DNA of 64,000 bases from Oopsacas minuta (Eukaryota > Animalia > Porifera), in the NCBI GenBank assembly GCA_024704765.1, contig JAKMXF010000353.1, forward strand, positions 1 through 64,000, given 5' to 3'. A program made the translations under genes and the position numbers. The notes under the pieces are model-generated. The model saw nothing but the letters and a program-made list of their open reading frames with translations. It did not search any database and had not been told where the DNA came from. Below are positions 10,576 to 22,374 of this stretch, in pieces. The first letter of the stretch is position 1, and the number at the start of each line of letters is the position of its first letter.

Positions 10576-13500
10576 TTAATCTTTGTTCTCTTTTGATTCT
10601 TTGAAAACACCTGATTTCTCCTTCATATTCGGGAGCTACAAAATAAATTCAAGTAAACAAGAGTACAAATTTTCCTCAAGGATTGGCACAAAACAAGCCC
10701 CTAAGACCCCAAATAGAAATGCCCCCCCCAGACAGAATTTTGCACCCTCTCTCGAGATTTAAAAGCCACGGGAAACACGGCCACCTTTGAGGGTATTGTC
10801 ATATACGTCTATAACAAAATAATCACATCCATGTCCCGCTAATATTATAAGAGATGTATGATACTACCTTGTTATAGTGACTTCTGAATTCTTGTACACT
10901 ATTATATGGCAAAACTTTATCTCTTAAATCTGGAATAATATCTAACTTCTCACTTTTCTGTAAACAAAAATGATAAATAAATAAACAAGGAAATAAGCAA
11001 ACAAGTAAACAAACAGACAAACAAATAGACAGACAAACAAACAAACAAACAAACAATTGCTTACCTTATAATATTTAACAAATCCCCAGAATTTTTCTAA
11101 ACCATAAAGATACCCTAAAAACACAAACAACAAATAATAAACAAATAAACAAACAAACAACAAATACCATTATTAAAATCTTCCAGAGTAAACTCTTCAA
11201 AATCTCTATAGATATCTCTTCTAAATTTAATTTCTAAGCCGTAGCTAAAAAATCTGAATAAACACTCTATCCCGTATCTAAACAAGTAAACAAGTAGGTA
11301 AACAAGTAAACAAGTAGGTAAACAAGTAAACAAGTAAACAAGTAGGTAAACAAGTAAACAAGTAAACAAGTAGGTAAACAAGTAAACAAGTATATAAACA
11401 AGTAAACAAACCTATGTCCATTATTAGAATCTGTTTTAGCAAGTGATTTAAACTCGACATACATTTTCCTATACAGAATTATAAACTTGAAAATATCTCA
11501 CAAGACAACTACCCAAAGGGGATGAGCCAACAAGGGTCACCTAGTGGTCTGGTGGTCACGCTAGGTGTCCGTCTGCCCCATCCCTCTAGCCCTAGGGCCG
11601 CGGATAGGATCACCATAAACTGTACCTACAATAGTCTTACCTGTTAAAGTTATCTCTAAGGAAGAATGACCAAAATCTGTATAGAGTACTCATTTGGTAA
11701 GATTGTGATCGTCCTTGTAGAGAGTGATCTAAACAGAACAATAATAATAACAACAATAGATCAAAGGTGTGAAAATATTCACATTAGAAGACTGCTATAC
11801 CACAGGACAGCGGCCATACGGACATACGGACATACCTTTAAAGCATTTTGCCTTGAATTTAAAATAGGCCTGTTGCTGGAATCCATTCTCCTTTAGGAGA
11901 GAGTGTGAGGGATGTTCGAACTTTGGGATCGAACTGGGAGTTGCATTTGAAGGAGATCCAATAGCCAAAAGATCAGCAGGACTACACACAAAATTTATGT
12001 GAAAATGATCACCCACAGGTGTGAAAATATATATGTATACCTGTTAGCACATCCTGATGGGTTCCTTGACCTAGCAGATTGATTAGATATGGCCCAACCT
12101 ACAGAACCATCGAGCTGATGAGAGTTTGATTGAGTATGTGGACTTCTACCCTGTAAATAACAACAAATATTAGTAAACAAATTGTTTATTTTTTGTTTGT
12201 TGTTGTTGTTATTAACTTACTAAGTAACTATCTGGCGCGTAGAACCTAGAAACATCTTTTCTCTCTTTCTGTAATCTCAGATTATTTGATGGATTAGGAA
12301 TAGAAATTGATTGAGTCTGAATTCTCTTTGATTTCTAAACAAATTTACAGTCACCTCCCGTTATATCTAACACGGATATAAAGATATCACGCTTATATCG
12401 AGGTGTGAGATTGTACAAATATGGTCCCAAACCGTCGAAGTAACATATACTCCATCGGTTATATCGAGTAATTATCACGGCTCCCTTGAGCTCAGATTTG
12501 AAGGGAGTTAAATAAATAAATAATACTATTTCTAAACAGCTCGAAAATTGAGTTACAGCTGACTCAAGTTAAGGGTCAATTCGGGACCATTTAGACCCGA
12601 TTAACTGGAGCTACTTAACAGCATTTAGATGGTACTGTTTATGGACAAGTGGCAGGAGTAATAGTGACACTATTAACCAGAGTTTACTGTATGAAATGTA
12701 TCATCTAACACCTCAAAACTCACTTCAAATTCTTGAACATGTTCCCCAGGTTTGGGGCCAGATAAATCTATTTGAATAGTAGGTGTTATGCGTCCTGGTG
12801 GCTCTAATGTGTCGTCTCTAGACATCAGCTGTCTCTGGAGTTGAAATTCAGCCGAATCAACTAACCCTATTTTCTTAAATGAAGAAGATAGATCCTGCTA
12901 AAGGTGTGAAAAATTAATACACTCTATTAATTTGAATATTCGTATTTCTATTTATTACCATTTTATGTTCATCTGTTCTGGAGCAATCCTAGAATAGCAA
13001 ATAAAATTTGTTTGTTTGTTTGTTTGTTAACTTGTTTGTATTTACCTGCTCATAAACAAACAATCCATCATTTATCATTTTTACTATCTCATTGGTTAAT
13101 TTTCCTTTACTCTGGCTTAACTTTGTCTTCTCAGGAGTAGCAGGGAATCGATTTGTGGCAGATGGCACAAATAGCATAAGTTTTGTCACCTCCCAGTCCT
13201 CGAAATCATCTTCAGAATCATAACTAGATTGTAAGTTATGATAAACAATAAAGTCTAATTGGTCAAAATGTTAAAAAGGTGTGAACATATGAATAATTCA
13301 AATATTCCAATATACGAACAGAATATGCAGCATTCCACTTACTCATATCGGTTGTTAGGTGCATAACGATCAGTTGATGAGTTCTTATCGTCTGTCTGTT
13401 TCTTATTCTCGAATTCGGGGTCTAAGTCCTCTTCTAGAAAGAAGTCCAATTCTTCGGCCCTCTTATCTGACTATAGAAAATATATTATAACGGGACCCAA

Positions 13501-15196
13501 ATATTCTAACCAGTGGACCCCTCCACACACCCCCTGCTGTCTTACGTGGACCACCAAGGGGTATATGTACACTGGGCTGGGGAGGATGTATGTATGTAAC
13601 AAACAACTCACAGGTGTTGGCTTGTTTGTTTCTTGTTCAGGAAAATGTTTGTGTTTTCGGCGAGAAACTAACTTCCAGTCAGATTCTGGGGATTCTTCGA
13701 TTGGAACCGATTGATCTAAATTTAAAAGTAAACAACAACAATAACAATAACAATAAACAATAGTAAAGAATGACGTGACAAGACGAACCTGTTTTTATTG
13801 GAGCAGTTTGTTTGTTTTGTAAAGGGTGTTGTTGTTGCTGTTTAGGTTTCTTGTCATGTCTTGTGTGTCCAGTTTTTTGTTTACTAATATCTTCCAATTT
13901 GTTTATGCTTTGTGTCTTTTGTTTACCATCTAGCTGTTTAGGGTGTTCTGTTTGTTGTTCTTGTAATATTTCATTATATTGAGGTGTTGACTCTTCAATA
14001 TTCCTAAAGGAAACAAATAAACAAATTGGAAATACACTAATTAACGGATTTTGTGTATGTTTACTTTGAAGGTGTGAATTCTTGATTATGTACAAAATCT
14101 CTAGAACTAATCTGTGTGTCAGGTTCAATAGGAGAAATATCTGGTGATTTATCTGTAAACAAAAACAAAGTAAACAAACAAACAAACAAACAAACAAATA
14201 CCTTGATGTTTACTTAGTATCCATTTCCTCCAATTCTCCTTTAATCTCACAAACTCTCCATCTAGCTCCAACAGATCATGATCTTGTAGAATCTAAATAC
14301 AGAATTCAAAAATAGGGACAATTCGGGACCAAGGGTCCATTTTGGACCCTTTATCTGGTTACCCTAGTGGAGTCTACTTACATTTAGTAATAGGCTAATA
14401 ATCTCACGTTCTGAGAGGGGAGAGGTTAACTCTTGCATTCTTCTGAAGTTTATAATTAGGCGGAGAGGGACGTATCCCTCGTTATCCATCTAAACACAAA
14501 CAATAAGATAAACAACAATAATAACAATACTAATAATAACAAACTCACCTCAGACCGTAGATATATATCTTTATCCAAGTTCTTATGACTGAAGTAATAT
14601 TCTCTAAATATAATTACGTGTAAAAAGCTTACATAACATACTTGTGTCCATATTACGGATGTCACTATTTTCGCGCCTATTTGAGTGCCATGTCCCGCAC
14701 AAATGTGTTCTAAAATTCAGATTTATCCCAATATTTATTGGAAGACTGCAAGTATACTAAATCCCGCCAAAATACAACATTCTCTCGTAATATTCATTAA
14801 CCGTGTTTGCATAACAACAACAACACAAATAATCACACACAACAACACAAATAATCACACACAACAACACAAATAATCACACAACAACAACACAAATAAT
14901 CACACAACAACAACACAATTATCACACACAACAACACAAATAATAGAATACTCCATTACTTTAGCAGTATAAGTGTAATAGAATAAACTGCCAATACTGC
15001 TGAGCTATCAGTTACAATATGCGTATAAAAAACAAATATATTCAATGGCCATTATAATTGATAAAGTAAGAGAATTTTTCAGTTTTGTGGATCCCACAAA
15101 CTTATCCCCTGGAGTAATGTGTCCCCCACGGGGGGAGGGGGCAAGTACTATGTCCCCATGATCCACAATTGTGTTGTTGTCTAACGTATTTACCAT
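10576..15196 (-). CDS. LARP1: La-related protein 1 (La motif + DM15 repeats), multi-exon
   Basis: La motif exons EYYFSHKNLDKDIYLRSE and MDNEGYVPLRLIINFRRMQEL (14375-14600). DM15 exons MYVEFKSLAKTDSNNGHR, YGIECLFRFFSYGLEIKFRRDIYRDFEEFTLEDF and YLYGLEKFWGFVKYY. ATG at 15196; the 3' end is uncertain. Confidence 0.85.
11280..11410. repeat. Compound minisatellite (AAACAAGT / AAACAAGTAGGT) in a LARP1 intron
   Basis: Directly visible alternating 8- and 12-bp units. Confidence 0.95.
12348..12509. mobile_element. Non-autonomous pogo/Tigger-like MITE, family A (TIR about CAGTCAACTCCCGTTATATC, TA flanks)
   Basis: Shared internal sequence (...ttgtacaaatatggtccc...aattatcacggtcccttgagc...) also occurs at about 7563-7626, 27475-27641, 34331-34460 (reverse), 37574-37680, 53553-53640 and 60590-60722. 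The superfamily assignment is inferred from TIR and TA flanks. Confidence 0.75.
14814..14944. repeat. About 22-bp minisatellite (ACAACAACACAAATAATCACAC), about 5-6 copies, in a LARP1 intron
   Basis: Directly visible. Confidence 0.93.
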
Positions 15197-15333
15197 GTGA
15201 TATACATAACATTATTTCAAAGGGTACAAGTCTCCCCAAGAGAACACTTTATTTCGGGTTTAGGCGTCAGGGGGTCTTAAGCTGACACAGATTAATCTCT
15301 AACACGTATTCCTGTACTATTTATAGAACACAG
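15197..15333. promoter_or_regulatory. Putative bidirectional promoter between LARP1 (-) and the glutaredoxin-DEP-DUF547 gene (+)
   Basis: Only 137 bp separate two head-to-head start codons. This is an inference from geometry; 5' UTRs are unknown. Confidence 0.45.
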
Positions 15334-18300
15334 ATGGCAGGTCTAACAAAGAATGAATTCAAAGGACGTGTAACCATGTACTCAGTACTTGGATGTACCA
15401 GCTGTGCTAAGGTTAAGAGTATTATTACAGAAATGGGTATACCCTTCTATGACGTAGATTTGGCCAAGTACACAGAGGAACGGAAGACAATGTTTGATCT
15501 CACGGGATCACGTGTTGTGCCACAGCTGTTCTTCAATGATAAGCATATAGGTGGATATCATGAGCTCAAGAAACTGCTACTGTCAGGTGAGGAGGGGGCC
15601 CGGGTATTGCGTCACAATGGACCGATAGGGAGGATTATGTATAAGGGACGATAACGATCTCCATGGCAACTAGGGAAATGTGGGAAGGAATGTTGTTAAT
15701 TTTAGCGGGATATTGAGTGATTTAGGCGGGATCTATTATAATATTGCAGAGATTAGCCTATAGCTATTTCTAATTATAATGAATGAATATATTCTTACAG
15801 GAGACTTTGAGGAACTGTTGAAAGATATTCTAGAAAACGATCCACCTCCTAATACCCCTACTATACCAGAGGAACTGTTAGAAGCTCCTGGGGGTGTAGA
15901 GGGTCAGGATAAAAATGGTTGCAATTGTGGTGATGAGGAATGTAATATATTTGATGATTCTGATAGCGAGGGTGAGTTAATTTTATTATAGATATTAAGG
16001 TGACGATTATTGCCCCCTCTTCCATTCGGACCGGACTGAATTTGACGAGAAACATTGCCCATGGGGTGGGGGGAAGAATTCATACACCATACTTGTGGAT
16101 TCGACCTGTGAACACGCCCCGGGGGTAAGGTTATTGAAAGGTGTTAGATCTAATACATATAGAAGCATAGAAGGAAACCCTATAATATGATTGGGCGAGA
16201 TATTTAACTCACATTCAATTTCCTTTTCACCAGTGGGTCACCAAGGGGTCCATTGACCCTCCTGGCTTAAAATATTGTCTCTAGATGATACTGGAGCTTC
16301 ACACAAGAAGGAGGGAGCATACCATATAAGGAAGAGGACACTAACATCAACCATGGATGATGAATACGCTGGGATAGCCAATGAAATACGTTTCCAGTCA
16401 GGTATACCCAAAAATAAACTAACACTTTCGCTTAAAAAATATCACAATTCATTCCATGGACACGAATTGGTTAAGTATTTGATACAACGTAAAGCGAAGA
16501 GTCAGGAGGAAGCTATACAGGTGAGCTATGCGTGTGTATTGTTATTTGCTAGTTGAATCCAGTATATGCTGGTTATAAGAACACTCTTGGTAGTAGCTGT
16601 ACATGTTCTTATAACCGGTATACACTGTATTTTACTTCGGTAAAGTGCGATACAGTGTGACCTCCACGAACGGGGTTCCAGAGACGCCGAAAATGCTACC
16701 GACCCCGTTTCCCGGTTTGTGGAGGTACACTGTATACCGGATATAAGCACCATCCTCTGGAAACCGGTTCTCATATATTCCTGTATATTTACACCCTTTT
16801 GACAACTTTACCTATTATTGTCTAGATAGGAGAACAGCTACTGAGAAGGAGTTTCATATATCACATTACTCATGAAAGGAACTTCGAAGCTAATTCAAAT
16901 TATTACGCATTTCTAGACGACACAAATAAAAAAGCGCTAAATATCAAAGTAGGAGAAATACCCCTCAGAGAACAGAAGCCTGCTATAATGTTAGCTGCGG
17001 AGATACGTAGAGTAATATTAGATATTTATGGAGAGTTTATTGTTGATGGAGGAATGGCTGTTAATTACGCTGGTAAGTAAACAATCGTTTGTTTGTTTGT
17101 TTACTTCTCAATAATAATAATAATAATAATAATATAGTCATATACTTGCGACCCTCGGGGTATTTTACGTCTTATCCATGTGAAAATGGGTTGGTAAGAA
17201 TTCCAACACCCACAAACTGGGGACTTGTCAGAAACACTTTTCAGTGTCTCTGGCACCGTTTATGGATTACACTGTACTCTACTCAGGTATAGCACAGAGT
17301 CCTAAACTACAGTTATACATCAAGACAGCTGAGGAACTACAGAGAGTAGTAATAACAGGACTATCCAGAGAACAGACACTATCATTCACTATTAATGTGT
17401 ATAATGCTCTTATTATACACGCATTTGCTGTCCATGGTCCACCTACTAGTTTGCTGAAGAGATATTTGTTCTATGGTTCTGCTTGCTATATGATATCAGG
17501 TAAGGATTACCTCAGGGTAAGGTACTTGAAATCTAGGCGGGGGGTGGAGGGGAGGTGTCCTGTGACCGCAGAACGATTGAAATTATCAAAGGAAAGTTCC
17601 GTTTCTAGTTACTGGTGCGTGAATAAGTATATACATAAATGTGTTCACTCTCCTGTTCGCACCTTTAGAGATTAAGACACCAAATTTTAGTATGTATACT
17701 CGTAGTGACATCTAGATCTGCACTTGATATGTGAATTTTTTCTTATATGCATATTATCACACCTTTTCTCACATTTTCATTTTAGCCCAATCAGAATGTA
17801 GGGATTTACAATTAGCTATAAATGTATAGGTTCTGGTGCAGCCTGTAATTCTATTGGTCAATAAAGAGACCTCTCCTCCCTATTCAGGTTATCTATGGGT
17901 CTAAGATTAATCATATACTCTATTATAGGTTACTACTTCACACTTAACGACCTTGAGAGCGGAATATTAAGGGCTAACCGTAAAGCAGTCGGATCCCTAA
18001 CACTCCCGTTTAGGAAAAATGACCCGAGGGCACAATTCGCCCTCAAACAGATAGAACCTCGTATCCACTTCGCACTGAACTGTGGAGCACAGTCTTGTCC
18101 CCCTATAAAGACGTACTCGGCTGCTAACATATACGAAGAACTCACAATAGCGACACAAGGCTTCTTAGAGAGTGAAAGTGGTGTAATAGTGGACATGGCT
18201 AAACGGGAGATACAGCCATCTAAGATCTTCCAGTGGTATAAGGCGGATTTTGGTGGCAGTAATAGGAGTGTCGCGGAATGGATTTTAGAGAATATCGCTC

Positions 18301-18395
18301 CAGGTGAAAAGTCCCAAAATATAAATATGCTACTATCCTCAAAGAAGTACAAACTTAGATACCAGAATTATAACTGGAATGTGAATAGTACTTGA
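15334..18395 (+). CDS. Glutaredoxin-DEP-DUF547 multidomain protein, multi-exon
   Basis: Exon 1 is glutaredoxin-like (VTMYSVLGCTSCAKVK...VVPQLFFNDKHIGG). A DEP-like exon follows (LKKYHNSFHGHELVKYLIQRK...SQEEAIQ). DUF547 exons: SREQTLSFTINVYNALIIHA and EPRIHFALNCGAQSCPPIKTY...SKIFQWYKADFG...YQNYNWNVN. Stop at 18395. Confidence 0.85.
16653..16732. mobile_element. TA-flanked MITE, family C (TIR CAGTGT(A)ACCTCCACAAAC), inside or adjacent to a family D repeat
   Basis: TAcagtgtgacctccacgaacgg...gtttgtggaggtacactgTA. Related copies at about 47258-47396, 24139-24208, 28743-28775, 10113-10135 and 4952-4985. Confidence 0.7.
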
Positions 18396-18469
18396 TTGTT
18401 GTTTGTTTGTTTGTTTATCAATCAATATATTTAGAGGGAGTAGACTAATAGTATTCAATCAAAAGGTGT

Positions 18470-21400
18470 CATAATATGTTTCTAAATATATTTAGAAAAT
18501 AATATTATATTGGTGAATATATTTTTGGTAAGAAAGGGTGTGAAAATATGTATATAACTCACACTTGTGACATAATCTGTTTTCTTCTTTGTATATCTTC
18601 TTGTCTAGAATCTAGCAATCCATAGGGGTACATCATTGGCATGGGATACATCACGCCCATCTAGAAAACAACAAAATATAAGTATTTGTTTTTTTACTTG
18701 TTTGTGAGTGTGTTTGTTTACTACTTGCCTGTCTGTTTGTTTGTTTATTTGTTTGTGTTAGTTTAATAAATATTTCGACCTCCATTTCGGGACATTGAAC
18801 ATGAGACAGTACTGCCCCTAGCAACCGTTCTACAAGAATGTTATGCTGTACAAGAATTCAAAAATGAGACTATCTTAAAACAAACACAAACAAACAAACA
18901 AACAAACAAACAAACAAACAAACATCAAATATTATGAATTATATTTTGATTTTCGCATCTTTTGAGTTGAAAAATAAATAAATATTTTCAGACAATTTAC
19001 TGCCAATTCTACGTTTATTGACCAAAATATTTCTAAGTAGATAGCGTTTTTCTGTTTCATTTTCACACTTCAAATATTCTAATTTTAGAACAGCAGGTGT
19101 TGGATATTTTTCTACAATTGCGAGTGCCATCTTTTCTGAGATTCTTGAGAATTGTAATAACTGGTTTATCCATATCTTCGTCTCGTCATCACGATTCTTC
19201 ACACCTTTTCCACTTCTTGGATACGAAGTTACGAATTGGAATGTTCTCTCTTTCCTATTTGCTAGAGCCATTACCCCGCGCATTATTCGGACAAGAATAT
19301 CGGAGGCCTCTAAAATAGAGTTTGCCAGATGAATAGTTAGGTGTAAATGTATTTGAAAATATGTCTGCAAGGTGTCAAAAGTGGCACGGGACATATTTCC
19401 AGCCTCTAGGTGTGAAAAGTACTCCTTGACACCGTATACGAGTAATAGGACTTTGGTATTAAATAAGGTAGAGAAAATATTTTCAATAAACTGTCTGTCT
19501 TTTTGATATTTTTTGGCGAATTCAATCATGCTAAATATCACACAAATGTAGTCAGAATTTTGTTTACTTGTTGTTGTTGATTGTTTATATCTCCAATGTA
19601 CATATTGTGTATCATTTATTGAAGGGGTTTGGTCAAACGTAACGTCACTATGATCCGGGGTCTTGATCCCGTTTTTGAGATGTGCTAATAGGTGTTTATC
19701 AAAGTTTGTTGTTGTTGTTATTGTGTAGTTTATTTGTTTACTTTGTTTACCATCAGGACACTCTGTTTCGGTTTGTTTATTAATAATAGGAGAGTGTTTA
19801 CGTTTAAGAGATGTTGTTGTTGCTGTTTGTTCCATTTCATTTTCACAACTCAAAGGTGAAAATTGTAAACTGAATTCCTCAAAATTTTCATTTTTTTCAT
19901 CAAAAAATATATTCTTAGAATCAGCTGATTTCGAAGCAAACTTATTGACAATGAATTCCGAGCATATTTTCGTGTTGTCATGACAACTGGACGTGGCCTT
20001 AGAATATGAGCATATTTTCGCATCGTCATGGCAACTGGAGATTTCCATAGAATTCATTCCAGACGAAGAAGCACATATTTTACCGTTGTCAAGGTCATTA
20101 GAATGAAACTCGTTATCCCAAATATTTCCTTCAAAATATCTATTAATAGACACATTGACGTCACCGGTGATTCTAAAATCATTGGTGACGATCCCAATAT
20201 GTTCCTCTGGGATAATGGATCTGATGAGTTCATGTACTAGAGAGAGTTGTTGTTGTTGTTGTTGTTGTGATTTGTTTGTATCAACAAATGTTAATTCAGG
20301 TAGGTCAGAGTCATCGGAATCTGTTGTGTCAACAATTTTGTTGTTGTTTACTTTAGGTTTAATAATCTCAGCATCGTATATTTCATCCATGGTGGGGGTG
20401 GACGACTCATCATCCGTTAGGAGATCCATTAGACATTCAGACGTTATATTATTAGCAAACCAAATGCAAATATAATTCTAAACTTTATATTGTAAATTAC
20501 AGTCAATTTATACATTATGGTTGCTTTAGAATAATTTTGGAAATAAACGTATGGGTGTATATAAATTACTATACTTACTGTTGGGAAGATCTGTGGTGAA
20601 TATCCGGGCATATCAGTCATAACGGGTATCTGTGGTTGTATTGAAGAATCTAACAGTAAACAGTAAACAAAAACACAATAAATAGTAAACAACAAACAAA
20701 CCTCGATAAACATTCATATGTTCTCTGGGTATAGAAGTAATCTGACCAATAGGGTGTGACCCTGTGGGTATCCCAGGGGGATGAGGAGTAGGTTGGAGAG
20801 AGGACACTGGGTACAGAGCATGGGGTCCTAAACCACTTGTGGGATGGAAAGGAGCACCTATAAATAGGAGGAGAATTAACCAATCAAATCACAGACTCAG
20901 ATAGGCATTAAAGGCTGCATATACTGGATAAACACTCAAATCTGATAGGTCGACACATTTGACACCTTTTCTCAGAGATGTGTAGACATTTCGGCTAGAT
21001 TTTAGGACATGTTCTTAGGTATATAACACCTCATCAACATGCCACATTTACAGTCTGTAGCTCTTACTATTTCCTCAAAAAACCCCCCCCACAAATACTC
21101 AAACATTTTAAGGTAAATATCATTACCTAGATTAGAGAATGCTGGAGAAGGTATAAATATGTGAGGCATATACTGCCCATATTGGTTATGAGGGTGTGAA
21201 TAGGAATGTTTAGAGGAAGATAACTCATTGGATGAGGTACTAGAGGGTGAATGGGATCTGCCCCCTCTATCTAAAGGAGGTGTAGATCGTGTTGAGTGAG
21301 AAACATGTGAGTGAGACTTGTCGGTCGAATGGTTGGGTCCTCGCTTAGGTTTTCCTCCTGGATTTGATTGTGTATCTGGTTCTATGCGTAATGGGACCCA

Positions 21401-22323
21401 TTTCTTCCCTAAAATACATTGTTATCCATGGTTAATCACAGAAATAATAACTATAATACCTCGAATAGTAGCTGACATAATACCATGAATCTATTCAACA
21501 ACTCCTCTAACGTGTTTCTGTGACGTTGAAAGATAAGCTATGTACCAGTTTCCATGGTTACCTCGTTGGTATTTTACTACACACCCAAAGATCATTGAAG
21601 GGGCTACTATTCGAGGAGGAATTACGTAACAACAAACCTCTTTTCTTCCTTTTTCCACTCCCTGCATCAGCATTCCCCGTACCCTCAATCGTATCCACTC
21701 CATTTTCTAATTCCAATGGGTCATCACCGTTGTAAGCAGGTTGTTGATGTCTATGCTGTTTATGTGTGGGCTTAATGACGTCATCATGTACTGCTTGTTT
21801 CAACGGGTTCATGTCTTCTATCTATTAATACAGCTGGGACTAATATCTGCCCAATGGGGACATTCTAGTCCAGCACCCTGTCTCGTTATAGACCTATTAA
21901 ATTGTTGTTATTTACCTTAGTTTGCTTGTTTTGTTTCCCTTTACTCTTAGACTTAGAATCTATAAGATAAATATATTAAATACCGATAGGGTAACCATAG
22001 TAACCATGAAGGAATGTGAGTATTTTACCAGTTGAATTAATATATAACTATGACACTATCTTAGTGGCAGACTTAATCCATCAAACTTTAGTGGCAAAGA
22101 GCAACAGTTTAACTCAGAAATGGGATTACAATATCTACATACAGAGGGGGCGGATAGATTGGTTAGTGTACAGACGATAGCACGGGGTCCACATGTGAAA
22201 ACTGCTCTGGGGGATCTAATAAATGATTCATGGAGTATTTACAAATCCTGTTTGGTACAATTAAGACCCTATTTATCCATTAATTGTGAGAATATAAGAT
22301 TGATGTTTATTAAGGACATATAA

Positions 22324-22374
<51 letters not shown>

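Noticed and set aside
17933-18352. 139-aa minus-strand ORF (also 29440..29631, 30579..30887, 32571..32834, 43797..44249)
   Set aside because: These are antisense or alternative-frame shadows of recognised genes and have no motifs of their own.
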